Shown here piece after piece: positions 35,801-42,171 of a DNA stretch of 64,000 bases. Position 1 is the stretch's first letter. Each line of letters begins with the position of its first letter. The notes under the pieces are model-generated. The model was given only the letters and a program-made list of their open reading frames with translations. It did no database searches and had not been told where the DNA came from. The DNA comes from Acidobacteriota bacterium (GTDB lineage Bacteria; Actinomycetota; Acidimicrobiia; Acidimicrobiales; Ilumatobacteraceae), in contig JAGWWV010000001.1 in NCBI GenBank assembly GCA_018970175.1, positions 29,605 to 93,604 on the forward strand. Reading direction: 5' to 3'. The translations under genes were made by a program, and so were the position numbers.

Positions 35801-38800
35801 GGCCGGAGAACCATTCGTTGCCAACCGTCTTGCCGACCGCAAAGTTCTCTGCGGTGGCATTGTTAGGTCCCCGGTTCGTGTCGGAAACCGCGACGACCCC
35901 GTTGACCCAGATTCTTCGTGTCGTACCGTCATATGTGGCAACGACATGCGCCCACGGCCCGTTGAGGGAGATCTCGTTCGGACGACCTCCCATGATGAGG
36001 TCATTGCCCCACCAGTAGTTGTGCAGTCCACCATCGCTGTGCAGTCGGAAAGCATTCGTACGGTTACCGCTTCCATTTCCATAGGCGCCCCAGCCGACGA
36101 TGCCGCGTTGCCCGAAAGCCGACGGCTTGATCCATGCCGACACGGTGTACGAGGAGTTACCGACGGGAAGTCCCGTGATCGAACCACTGGGGAGGTACAA
36201 ATAGGCGCCGTATCCATTCAGCGATACGGCACCACCGATCTTCCCGCTCGACGTCCACGTCGGCCCACCGGTTTCGGTGAGGTTCCCGGTCCCCGCCGCG
36301 TTGACACCGAGAGTGTTTGCCGAGTCGAACGACCAACGAGCCACCAAGCCGTCGACCAACGTGCTCTGCTGGGCGACACGGCCAACGGTCAACGTCGCGG
36401 TGATCGATGCGGCCGCATAGTTCGCCGTTGCAGCCTGATTCGCCCGAATCTGAACGGTTCCGGCTTCGCCGAGGGTCACCTGGCCGGCAGAGTCGACCTT
36501 TGCAACGTTCGGATTCGATTCCGTACCGGCGACGATTTCGTACGTGAAAGCTCCCGATGAAGTCGACGTGGGCGCCGTCAAACCGAATACTGCGTCACCG
36601 AACTTTTTAGCGGGAATCACGAAATTCGACAGGGTGGGCGCGAGTTTGTCGATCGTCAACTTGGCGGTCGTCGAGTCGGCCGCGTAGAGGTCGGTTGCCG
36701 CCTGCATAGCTGTGATGGTCACGGTGCCGGCCTTGAGAATCGTCACGCGACCGGCAGCCGACGCGGTTGCAATCGTTGGATCATCGACCGTGTACGAGAA
36801 GTCACCCTTCGAATTCGACTTCGGTGCGACGAGGTCGAACGCTTCGTCGCCGAAGGTTTTGTTTGCGATTGTCCACGTGAACGTTGGCACAGCCTTCTTC
36901 ACCGTGACGCTGACGGCGACCGAGCCCGCCTCGTAATTGGCCGATGACTCCTGTCGAGCGGTCAACGTGGCTGTTCCGGTGCCGATGATCTTGACCAGTC
37001 CCGTCTTCGCGTCGACCGAGAAGATGTCGGACTTGTCGGTCGAGTAGGAAAACGCCGCGGGGCTGGTGGAGGTGGGCTTCAGTGTGAAGTCGGCATCGCC
37101 GTACACCTTGTCGGCCACGAGCAGGTCCGAGATGGTGGGAGTCGCCTTGGCAACCGTCACCTTCGCGGAAATCGAGCCCGCGCTGAAGCTGGTGGATGCA
37201 GCCTGCGAGGCGGTGATCGTGGCCGTGCCCGCACTGATGATGCTGACCCTGCCGTCGCGCTCGCCAACCGTCACGACCTTGGAGTCGCTTGATGTGTACG
37301 TGATGGCACCGGGTGCATTCGACTTCGGCGCAGCCAGATCGAACGGCGCATCACCGAAGGTCTTTGCGACATCCTGGAATTCCGTCAGCACCGAACTTGC
37401 CTGTGCGACGACGACTCGGAACGTCGTTGTCGCCGCAAGCCAGTCGTTCGTCGTTGCCTGCGACACCGTGATTGTCGCTGTTCCGGCAGAGCGCACCGCA
37501 GCGCGGGCACCGGAAATGTTCACGACGTTCGTGTCGGACGACGTGTACGTGAATGCACCACGACTGTCGGATGTCGGTCGCGGTAGATCGAAGTCGGCGT
37601 CGAGGAACGACTTGGAGACGTCGGCGGGGGCCGTCAGGGTCGGGGCGCCCTTTCGGACCGTCACGACAAAGCTGTCGGTGGTACCGACGAAGTCGTCATT
37701 CGCGGCCTGCGTGACGGTGATGGTCGCGCGACCGGCACCGGAGACAAACCAGCGCCCGGTTGTCTTCGATTGCTTCACCACGTCTTCATCACTGCTCACG
37801 AATGTGAAGGCGCCCGGGGAGGTGGATGTGGGCTTCGCAATCGTGAATGAATCGTCACCAAAGGTCTTGATGATGTCCTTGAGGGAGGAATTTTCGGGAG
37901 TCGCCTTTGCGACGATCAGGGTCGCCGAGATCGTCGCGGCCTCGAAACCACGGACCGCCGCTTGCGTGGCGGTGATCGAGGTATTTCCCGCGCCGACGAT
38001 CGTCACGCGACCGGTGGTTGCATTCACCGTCGCCACGTCGGTGCGACTCGATGAGTACCTGAACCCGCCGGGGCTGTTCGAATCGGGTGGGTCGAGGGTG
38101 AACGCGTCGTCACCGAAGGTCTTGGTCGAGATACGGAAGCCGGAAAGGGTCGGCTTGACGACTGCAGGGACGGTCGTCGGCGTCGCTCCGGCTGCAGTGA
38201 CCGAGCGCGCAACGGTCGTTGTCGGGAGGGCCGCGTTACGCGTCTGGACCGTGGATGCAGTTGGGGCGTTCGCAGGCAGCGTCGTTGTCGGGAGGGCCGC
38301 ATTACGCGTCTGGACCGTGGATGCAGTTGGGGCGTTCGCAGGCAGCGTCGTTGTCGGGAGAGCCGCATTGCGTGTCTGCACAGTTGACGGAGTTTCGCCA
38401 CGAGGTGTCGACGTCGTTGTTGCGGCCGCAATCTCCTTCGCGCCCGTGGCCGTGGGAACAGTTGTCGTCGGCGCGACATAGGCCTCGTCGGTCTTGTAGT
38501 TCGGGTTGTTCAGGTTGCGATCTTCCATCTTGGGCAACGCTTCGATCGCCTTGCTCTCGAGTGCCGGCGGGAGTACGACTTCAACCTTGTTCAGATTCAA
38601 CGCTGAGGCGTCAACGATGGTTTGAGTTTTCGTTCCGTCCGAGGCGATCTCGGTCTTTTGCACTTCACCGGTCGACGATGCTTCGAGCACGGTGACACCG
38701 CCGGCTGCATCGGCCTTCACCTGCACGGCCGGAGTGTCAACGGTGACTTGTTGCTGAATCACCTCACCGTTTGCGGTGGTGACCTGAACGGCAAGAGTTC

Positions 38801-40262
38801 CACCACTGGACCCCAACTCGACCGATGGGCCGGACGCATTGGCCACCAGGTTCCCCGATGCGAGAGTCAGATCGACGTTCGGGTCGCTCGACTTGATGGA
38901 ACGGGCTCCAACTTCAACCGGCTTGTCCTTCGAACCCGGCGTCGAGAACTGGGCGACACCGCCGGGCGTCACGGCAAATACCGATGCCGCGCCGCCGAAG
39001 AGAAGCTTCGCCAAGGAGCCCCCGTTGTCAACCGGTGTCGAAGCAGTCGACGCCACGGTGGTTGTGGTCACGATCTTCGGCCTCTGGCCGTCGCTCACGA
39101 ACGCATCGAGCCGCGGTGCCGGCAGGCCGGCAGTTGCCTCGTCGCCCGTCGTTGACGGTGCCGCCGAAGAACCATTCTCGAGAATGTCATTTGGAATGGT
39201 GATCATGAAGTCGTAGGACGACCGCTCGGTTGCCCGCGGCGCGAGACGTGTGATGACCACACCGCCCTTGATGGGGCGCGCCGCCGCACCGTCGCTGTTC
39301 GTCGCCTGCGTCGGCGACACCGCGCCAGCCGGGGTTTCGACCGACCAATCGAGATTGTCGGTTCGTACCAACATCGTCGTCGCCTGAACCTTGGTCTCGT
39401 CACCACAGAATGGGCATGTCCCCTCACGCGCCTCGAATGGCGTCAGATCCATGTCAACGGCTCCACCCGACCAGATGTTGGGGTCGTTGGCCGGATCATC
39501 CCCTGCGAACGAGAACGACCATTTGTCATTCGCCAGATCGACGTCGACGTAACGATTGCGTCCGGGCCAGTTCGAGTCGTACACCATGATGCGAGCAACG
39601 TCGGGCGTTGGATACTCGATTGCGTAGGGCAGGATCGCGTGACCACCGGACTCGACGTAGACGCCGAGGGTGTACTCCAACTTGTCACTGGCGAACGACC
39701 GCTTCAACTCGTCGACTTTTTCTTTGAGTGATGCCTTCGTCCACTTCTGGATCGACTCTTGCACTTCGGGAACGAACTGTGTCGCGAAAGCTCGCATCAC
39801 CGCGCGGATCTCTTCCTCCTGCGACGGAAGCTTCACCGTCTCGGGAAGTTCGGCTTTGTTGAAGCGCGCGGACGCGAGTGCGACGAGACCTTCACAGTGG
39901 CCGGTCGCACGTGCTTGATTGACCATGCGCGCCCATGCCGCAGCCTCGGCCGTGAGTGTGCAGGGATCGGCGACACCATCGACGCACACCTCGGGCCCCG
40001 CGCCGAACATCGAAACAAGATCGGCCGTATCGAAGTTGAGGTCAGGGAACGTCGCAGACGGGAAGTTGGGAAATGCCCATCCGTTCAATTGAGGTTGCAT
40101 TTTTGTTGCAACCGCACCCGTTGGTGCCGGAGCCGAGTTCTTCGCCTGGCTCGCGCCGTCACCGCCACCCTGGGACGAACCACCGCCGCCACATGCAGCA
40201 AGGACGAGAAGACACACGGCGATGAGCGCTGCAGTCGCGCGCCGTCGTGCTTCCGATTCCAT
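26877..40262 (-). CDS. giant exported mosaic surface protein (4461 aa)
   Basis: This is a single uninterrupted ORF with the lipobox LVLAAC-GGGG.
Domains recognised by motif, in order:
- an unknown ~640-aa N-terminal region;
- at least 15 Ig-like Big_2-type modules (KTFGDxxFxL...PGAFTYSSSNTSVATV...G.VTIVGAGTATITA);
- LamG/ConA-like (LVARWSFD...LLDEVTIYNRSL);
- PA14 (GLKGTRYVGYF...);
- two blocks of seven RCC1 repeats (CWGxNxxGQLGDG);
- three DUF1566-like units (GDTGPGGGxVFF...DWYLPSxxEL...PIRAF);
- a fibrinogen-like C-terminus (GVYTI...YCLMD...GGGWTMI). Confidence 0.9.
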   Translation of the reverse strand: MESEARRRATAALIAVCLLVLAACGGGGSSQGGGDGASQAKNSAPAPTGAVATKMQPQLNGWAFPNFPSATFPDLNFDTADLVSMFGAGPEVCVDGVADPCTLTAEAAAWARMVNQARATGHCEGLVALASARFNKAELPETVKLPSQEEEIRAVMRAFATQFVPEVQESIQKWTKASLKEKVDELKRSFASDKLEYTLGVYVESGGHAILPYAIEYPTPDVARIMVYDSNWPGRNRYVDVDLANDKWSFSFAGDDPANDPNIWSGGAVDMDLTPFEAREGTCPFCGDETKVQATTMLVRTDNLDWSVETPAGAVSPTQATNSDGAAARPIKGGVVITRLAPRATERSSYDFMITIPNDILENGSSAAPSTTGDEATAGLPAPRLDAFVSDGQRPKIVTTTTVASTASTPVDNGGSLAKLLFGGAASVFAVTPGGVAQFSTPGSKDKPVEVGARSIKSSDPNVDLTLASGNLVANASGPSVELGSSGGTLAVQVTTANGEVIQQQVTVDTPAVQVKADAAGGVTVLEASSTGEVQKTEIASDGTKTQTIVDASALNLNKVEVVLPPALESKAIEALPKMEDRNLNNPNYKTDEAYVAPTTTVPTATGAKEIAAATTTSTPRGETPSTVQTRNAALPTTTLPANAPTASTVQTRNAALPTTTLPANAPTASTVQTRNAALPTTTVARSVTAAGATPTTVPAVVKPTLSGFRISTKTFGDDAFTLDPPDSNSPGGFRYSSSRTDVATVNATTGRVTIVGAGNTSITATQAAVRGFEAATISATLIVAKATPENSSLKDIIKTFGDDSFTIAKPTSTSPGAFTFVSSDEDVVKQSKTTGRWFVSGAGRATITVTQAANDDFVGTTDSFVVTVRKGAPTLTAPADVSKSFLDADFDLPRPTSDSRGAFTYTSSDTNVVNISGARAAVRSAGTATITVSQATTNDWLAATTTFRVVVAQASSVLTEFQDVAKTFGDAPFDLAAPKSNAPGAITYTSSDSKVVTVGERDGRVSIISAGTATITASQAASTSFSAGSISAKVTVAKATPTISDLLVADKVYGDADFTLKPTSTSPAAFSYSTDKSDIFSVDAKTGLVKIIGTGTATLTARQESSANYEAGSVAVSVTVKKAVPTFTWTIANKTFGDEAFDLVAPKSNSKGDFSYTVDDPTIATASAAGRVTILKAGTVTITAMQAATDLYAADSTTAKLTIDKLAPTLSNFVIPAKKFGDAVFGLTAPTSTSSGAFTYEIVAGTESNPNVAKVDSAGQVTLGEAGTVQIRANQAATANYAAASITATLTVGRVAQQSTLVDGLVARWSFDSANTLGVNAAGTGNLTETGGPTWTSSGKIGGAVSLNGYGAYLYLPSGSITGLPVGNSSYTVSAWIKPSAFGQRGIVGWGAYGNGSGNRTNAFRLHSDGGLHNYWWGNDLIMGGRPNEISLNGPWAHVVATYDGTTRRIWVNGVVAVSDTNRGPNNATAENFAVGKTVGNEWFSGLLDEVTIYNRSLGATEIAQLANGAGSGLAITSTSGTFGAPLSLTTIGGQGTGAISYRVVDAGSANCVVSGATLTTTSGGTCTIAATKAADRNYDESTSANTTITFNRISQSSPVVISTTTAIAGINLALAASGGSGTGSMSFTVVSAGTAGCSVNGTSLVTTASGSCTITATKAADSNFTSATSATTTITVSKQVPTIAPLVLADRFYLGGGFTISAPNSTSSGTWTWASNNTSVASINSSTGAVTIGVPGTAIITATQATTPMHSSAAVTAELKVLPANPTIGALSVPSKTFGDAPFTFTAPTSNSTGAFTYSSSNTSIATVNSSTRTITIVGTGSATITASQAATTNFAAGSVTAVFVVNGVTPTLTAFGGDSGSGAGLKGTRYVGYFNDNVNWFATATKHGETNQITNFTNFTSSADLYSWEWTGSFKASISGVYTFCTNSDDASYLWLGPNAKAGFATSNSLVNNAGLHGMREICNTTTLVGGTFYPIRIQFGENGGGDAIIVRFTPPGSNTTIYNGTGYYFAGMGLTKAEGDAPFTPTLPTSNSPGAITYSSSNTSVATIDATTGLVTVVGRGTATLTATQAASGTWASTSTSIDLRVLRRATVGSFTLPTGITFASAPFTPTPPTSDSPGAWSYESSNTAVAKWDPATGLISVAAAGTATITAVQAETGEFAESRVNTTLTINGETVVNIESGDRHSCGITDQGGVVCWGFNDFGQLGDGTRTSRSAPVAVTGLSTGVVKIATGYWHSCAVLANGTVRCWGRNSWGNLGNGTSTDSNTAVQVTGITNATDIAASAYATCAILATGALTCWGHNGYGELANGTGASSNVPVPVPSLTSGVTDVSGTETFYCATTVSGAAKCWGRNDWSNLGDGTTTMRTTPVDVLGITSGAVRISVLRHSACAVTGAGGVMCWGYGANGQNGNGTGNQYATAVPVTGITNAIDVSGGYQHVCARLSTGTVRCWGWNGYGQLATGNTSNSTTPVAVADLTDVRDLSTGYGFSCALSVKGAVWCWGRNDGNELGDKSSTNRYSPVGVTGIKTTITTDPETQLSPVTLSTQRFRVGDTNVSFAAATTNRSDSITYSSTNPAVATVDATARTISIVGTGVAYVRASLPATATQSAMVSLARVGVPDSEYVQVSAGYHTSCGITAAGEAKCWGNGDWGQLGNSTTERRLVPTTVTDLGSGAASIAVGHHHTCAVTSRGGVVCWGLNDNGQIGFGTTSVRPYVPVAVTGLSSGVVQVDAGYQHTCALTAAGGVKCWGYNGYGQLGDGTNENRTTPVDVVGLTSGVVQIDLGYEYSCALLENGTVRCWGRNDWRNLGDGTTTVRYTPRTVSGLSGAVGIAAGFHHSCAVLNTGGVRCWGYNGYGQLGDGTTSDRSTPTTPTGLSTGVARVVAGGLHTCAITTGGGVKCWGRNDSGELGDGTTTRRYVPTDVSGLSSGVFELSASNGYSTCAIVANDAMKCWGYNDWGQIGNITSGNVNTPTDVSNSFAGSGPASTTLGALTLPGSNYTTASPSFTLTAPTSSRAIETVTCAQGGPCVVGDTGPGGGRVFFVSKGFAAPGTACGSSCKYLEAAPATWSGANQDPRAPWSGITNVAIGASARGVGIGAGFANSQAIVAQSSTISRAATMARTYNGGGLSDWYLPSLEEMRQVYLKRDTIGYLPCDEWYSTSTEFDANYHYLQHPCQDTPTYAGKWDNRYVRPIRAFAPTSEATPISYVSSNPGVATVNARTGVVTITGAGTTVLGASQGGTGAAKAASSRVTLSVARSCADGGACVAPETPPVGGSLTDCQLGISCAIGDTGPGGGKVFFVDTNDDYVGVDYLEVAVVGGTTSWCNTAAATTSLSGTSDNAQGIFNMRGILTNCTSSAAHTARLFQGGMKTDWYLPAPTELQLVKTNLVDAGLLTGVTGEFWASNQVNATRAYTVDLVSGVRYDALKTDLRGIMPIRAFAAKGSVVINASLSGFALPASSYVFGTAPFSVTAPTSLNPAVTEYSSSNTAVATIDQYSGRVTIVGAGSTTFTATEPAYGAYLVKTQTASFTVTKATPTLTGFTAPGGPYRADDPNFTMNPAIPNTNGAGSVTYTSSDGAVATINSTTGVVDLLAAGSTILTASVPGGANWTNASLTFELAVGALCKDGGTCRIGDEGPGGGTVFLLDTNNQYPDLDFMEIAAADASTSATWCPNSAASATTGTAIGTGAANTSAILAASSSCAAASAADGYATNTGLPTTSGISAVSGLGTTYVDMSTAGGGWKLVAYGENGSFGKWNVANGSFNAATRTGSANLNALSAIQGASDMVISWMNPGGGLPTGGIMSYDNAVSFALPSAAQMTLSGTTSSPPVYNGSASSFSLNGTSADQSLVTVNKLKGASSLPSQMYMRNKTFGVRYGSAYGLVSNPGINPQLDWNEDSQAFSALYLHHSGSNGYVTGSGTGSGYVPATMAVWVKTASLPSSATTDWYLPSKLELETAITNLAAKNITLPTGSYWTSSGASGLPTVSSVQSGFVSGPTAQSSNNTWQYFEVPAGRTSATLLSDWQTAGNENIPNQPQWDNNRTQWAGPNYPYVQNVTTAPSGSAMTGPSILIHPDDSGYGVGVAWKNTTGSGITVDLSAGLKLAYPFNNADGIDYWVQRGLVGETNYQLLGSGSISSGVTTTATTTASSVTLAAGEMIYVIVGRGSGNYAWDHTILTFDVTMTSRQAHVVDQSGTASASPIDQTAKVRAVRSWQRRESCKDIKETTGTNANGVYTINVNSGGVIVPTQAYCLMDSAMAGGGWTMIMKAAQNSTTFPYSSNYWTTANTLNEGSTNTTSSDAKFSTFNKLRGTELLAIFPDIDTSSFGATERGSVDGHNYGWTWKTSVPSGPKTALSVFQGTDEQFVSDALLFDGYRGTIWSSQADIRFYGFNWNDNRKARWGFGWNENGGGLWPNGYKGSDDTSGGIGLSDNGWSAGDVLGCCNNTTGLRRSMAVQVFIR
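31330..32400 (-). repeat. RCC1 repeat block 2 (seven blades) within the giant CDS
   Basis: Seven consecutive ~50-aa units each contain CWG(x)N(x)(x)GQ(L/I)G(D/N): AKCWGNGDWGQLGNS ... MKCWGYNDWGQIGNI. Confidence 0.8.
32680..33735 (-). repeat. RCC1 repeat block 1 (seven blades) within the giant CDS
   Basis: Seven units run from VVCWGFNDFGQLGDG to VWCWGRNDGNELGDK. Confidence 0.8.
38215..38388 (-). repeat. 66-nt coding tandem repeat (22 aa, two near-identical copies plus a degenerate third)
   Basis: Copies at 38215..38280 and 38281..38346 differ at one nucleotide, and a third diverged copy follows. They encode ASTVQTRNAALPTTTLPANAPT x2, then ASTVQTRNAALPTTTVARS. Confidence 0.9.
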
Positions 40263-40268
40263 GTGAGG

Positions 40269-40274
40269 ATTTTA
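40269..40274 (-). promoter_or_regulatory. candidate -10 hexamer (TAAAAT) for a leaderless transcript of the giant gene
   Basis: The minus strand reads TAAAAT-cctcac-ATG. The hexamer ends 6 nt before the start codon, no SD is present, and the 74-nt spacer is the most AT-rich stretch in the locus. Confidence 0.3.
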
Positions 40275-40336
40275 TGGCAGTTTTGGTGACTATTTCAGGT
40301 CGCCCCCCACCATTTCTTCGATAGAAAACCTTTAGT

Positions 40337-41626
40337 TCACGGACGTTTGGGAAGAAATGGCTCGACCACGCAGACCCCGAGGTCGGCGCCCGCGTCGATG
40401 CTGAATCGGTAGTGAATTCCGCCCAAGACGCGTGACTCGCCGGCCTCGGCTGCTGCGGCGAGAAATGAGTCGAACGAGCGAGGTGACAGCTCGAATTTCT
40501 TGCGTGAACCGTCGGTGAGACCCCACCCCGGATCGGTGAACGACCACTCCCCAACCGCGCTGGTCAACACCTCGGCGGCCACGCGCGAAATCGTGGAGTG
40601 ACCCGACGGGTACTCGGGGAAAGCGGGCGTCGTGAGATACGAATTCCATTCGGCGTCGTCGCGTGCGAGGACCGATACCGGACGCTCGACCGCCCACCTG
40701 TACTTCTCTCGCCAGTTGGCGACGACGCCGTCGGCGAGCGCCATTGACATCGTGCCGAACATCGTGATCGTGTCACCCACCGGCAACGCCTTGGCCTCGG
40801 CAGCGCGCGCGGCAATCTCGACCCAGTGACCCGACGGCGTGCTGCTACGACCGCGGCTGTCGTCCCAGAACCGCGCGATCAACTTCTGTTCCTCGGTCAG
40901 TACGGCCGCCACGTCGGCCACCTCGCGTGCCGCCTCAACGAACGGGTTCTTCGGGTCGTCACCGCGCGGTGGTTCGGGCAGGTCGCACGACGTGGTCGAC
41001 GGCAAGTACGTGCGCAATGTGCCCCACCCCGGATCGATCGCACCCTGGAAACCCGGCGGCGTCGGAATCCATCCGCCCGCCGACTCGGGGGCGACGTACT
41101 TCACCTTCAACGCGTCGTCGAGGCCGTCGTTCTTCGCACGCGCCAGCACCGCATCAACGGCTTGCGCACCGCGAGCAAGGCTCGCCCGCACATCGACATC
41201 GTCGGTTGCCGTTGCGACGAGACCTGCGAGAAGTTTGTCGCGCAGTTCGGCGTAGGTAGTGCGGTCGAGTTGAGTCGGCATCAGCTTTCGCACGGCGGTG
41301 GTTCCTGCCGCAACCGCTGCGATGGCGTCGTCGACCCCGTCGACTGCGTCGGGAACTTCCACCGGTTCGTTCACGTCGGCGAGGAAAGCCGGACGCTCAC
41401 TCGATGCCGCGAGCATCGCGTAGCCGATGATCCCATAGAGGCGGCTGGTCCGCGTGGGGCCCTGACGGTTGCGCGAGATGAGTGGCGCCATTTCGGTGAG
41501 AACCGCCGACACTTCGGCCGTGCCGCGCGGGGCAGTCGTGCCCTCGTCCGCAGCCGCCACACCTGTTACCACGAGCCCTGACGTCGCAAGCACCAGAGCG
41601 GCACCAAGTCGGATCAACCTCAACAT
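40337..41626 (-). CDS. exported PAP2-superfamily protein, vanadium-haloperoxidase/acid-phosphatase-like
   Basis: There is a signal peptide (MLRLIRLGAALVLATSGLVVTGVAAA). Motifs present are FWDD...TPSGHW, KYRWAVERP (KX6RP), EYPSGHST (PSGH) and SRVLGGIHYRFS (SRX5H). The start could instead be at 41668. Confidence 0.75.
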   Translation of the reverse strand: MLRLIRLGAALVLATSGLVVTGVAAADEGTTAPRGTAEVSAVLTEMAPLISRNRQGPTRTSRLYGIIGYAMLAASSERPAFLADVNEPVEVPDAVDGVDDAIAAVAAGTTAVRKLMPTQLDRTTYAELRDKLLAGLVATATDDVDVRASLARGAQAVDAVLARAKNDGLDDALKVKYVAPESAGGWIPTPPGFQGAIDPGWGTLRTYLPSTTSCDLPEPPRGDDPKNPFVEAAREVADVAAVLTEEQKLIARFWDDSRGRSSTPSGHWVEIAARAAEAKALPVGDTITMFGTMSMALADGVVANWREKYRWAVERPVSVLARDDAEWNSYLTTPAFPEYPSGHSTISRVAAEVLTSAVGEWSFTDPGWGLTDGSRKKFELSPRSFDSFLAAAAEAGESRVLGGIHYRFSIDAGADLGVCVVEPFLPKRP

Positions 41627-42171
41627 GCGGGTTCCGCCACTTCGCCGTCGGGGAGGGTCGTGTTGCATGCAAAGAAGGCCGCCACGAGCTCGGCTTGCCT
41701 GGTGGCACCGAGAACTGCATCGGTGAACTTCGCATCGGTGGCAAAGGCCCCCGCAAAGTCGGCGGCATCGATCTGCGCGCCGCGCAGAGAGGCGCTGCTG
41801 AGGCGTGACCGCGCGAGGTTCGCACCTGCCAGGTTTGCCTCGTCGAGCGAGGCCCGTACGAGTGCTGCACCGGCGAGGTTCGCACCCGCGAGATTCGCCC
41901 CAATCAGGTTCGCATCGGTAAGGTTCGTACCCGAGAGATTCGCTCCGGCAAGATCCGCCTCACGCAGATCGATTCCCGACAGGTCGATCCCCGACAGGTC
42001 GGCCCCCACCAGGTCGGCACCGCGGCACGCGCCGCGCGCCACGGGCGTGCAGGTTGCGACAGTGGTTCCGACGACGACCGCATCGTTCGCGGTCGTGTCG
42101 TTTCCGTCCCCGCACGCCCCGAGAACGACGGCGCACACGCCAACTGCGGCAATCCGGACAAAGCGCTTCAC
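41620..42171 (-). CDS. exported pentapeptide-repeat lipoprotein
   Basis: The lipobox is VVLGAC-GDG, followed by ~25 tandem pentapeptides (ADLVGADLSGIDLSGIDLREADLAGANLSGTNLTDANLIGANLAGANLAGA...). The GTG start overlaps the upstream stop (GTGA). Confidence 0.85.
   Translation of the reverse strand: MKRFVRIAAVGVCAVVLGACGDGNDTTANDAVVVGTTVATCTPVARGACRGADLVGADLSGIDLSGIDLREADLAGANLSGTNLTDANLIGANLAGANLAGAALVRASLDEANLAGANLARSRLSSASLRGAQIDAADFAGAFATDAKFTDAVLGATRQAELVAAFFACNTTLPDGEVAEPAC

Noticed and set aside
38215-38388. Direct repeats that might be a CRISPR array or a mobile-element end.
   Set aside because: The repeats are contiguous without spacers, lie in frame inside a coding region, and translate to a repeated peptide. 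There are no cas genes, transposase or integrase anywhere in the window.
27903-38481. Several long plus-strand ORFs lie inside the 13-kb gene: 27903-29000, 31374-32489, 32877-33764, 35007-36560 and 37066-38481.
   Set aside because: They are all antisense to the uninterrupted 4461-aa ORF, whose domains are recognisable throughout. Their repeat structure simply mirrors the sense-strand repeats.
41700-42050. A 15-nt periodic DNA repetitiveness (gcgaggttcgcacc-like units) might be a non-coding satellite.
   Set aside because: It is fully explained by the pentapeptide-repeat coding sequence (A-N/D-L-x-G) on the minus strand.
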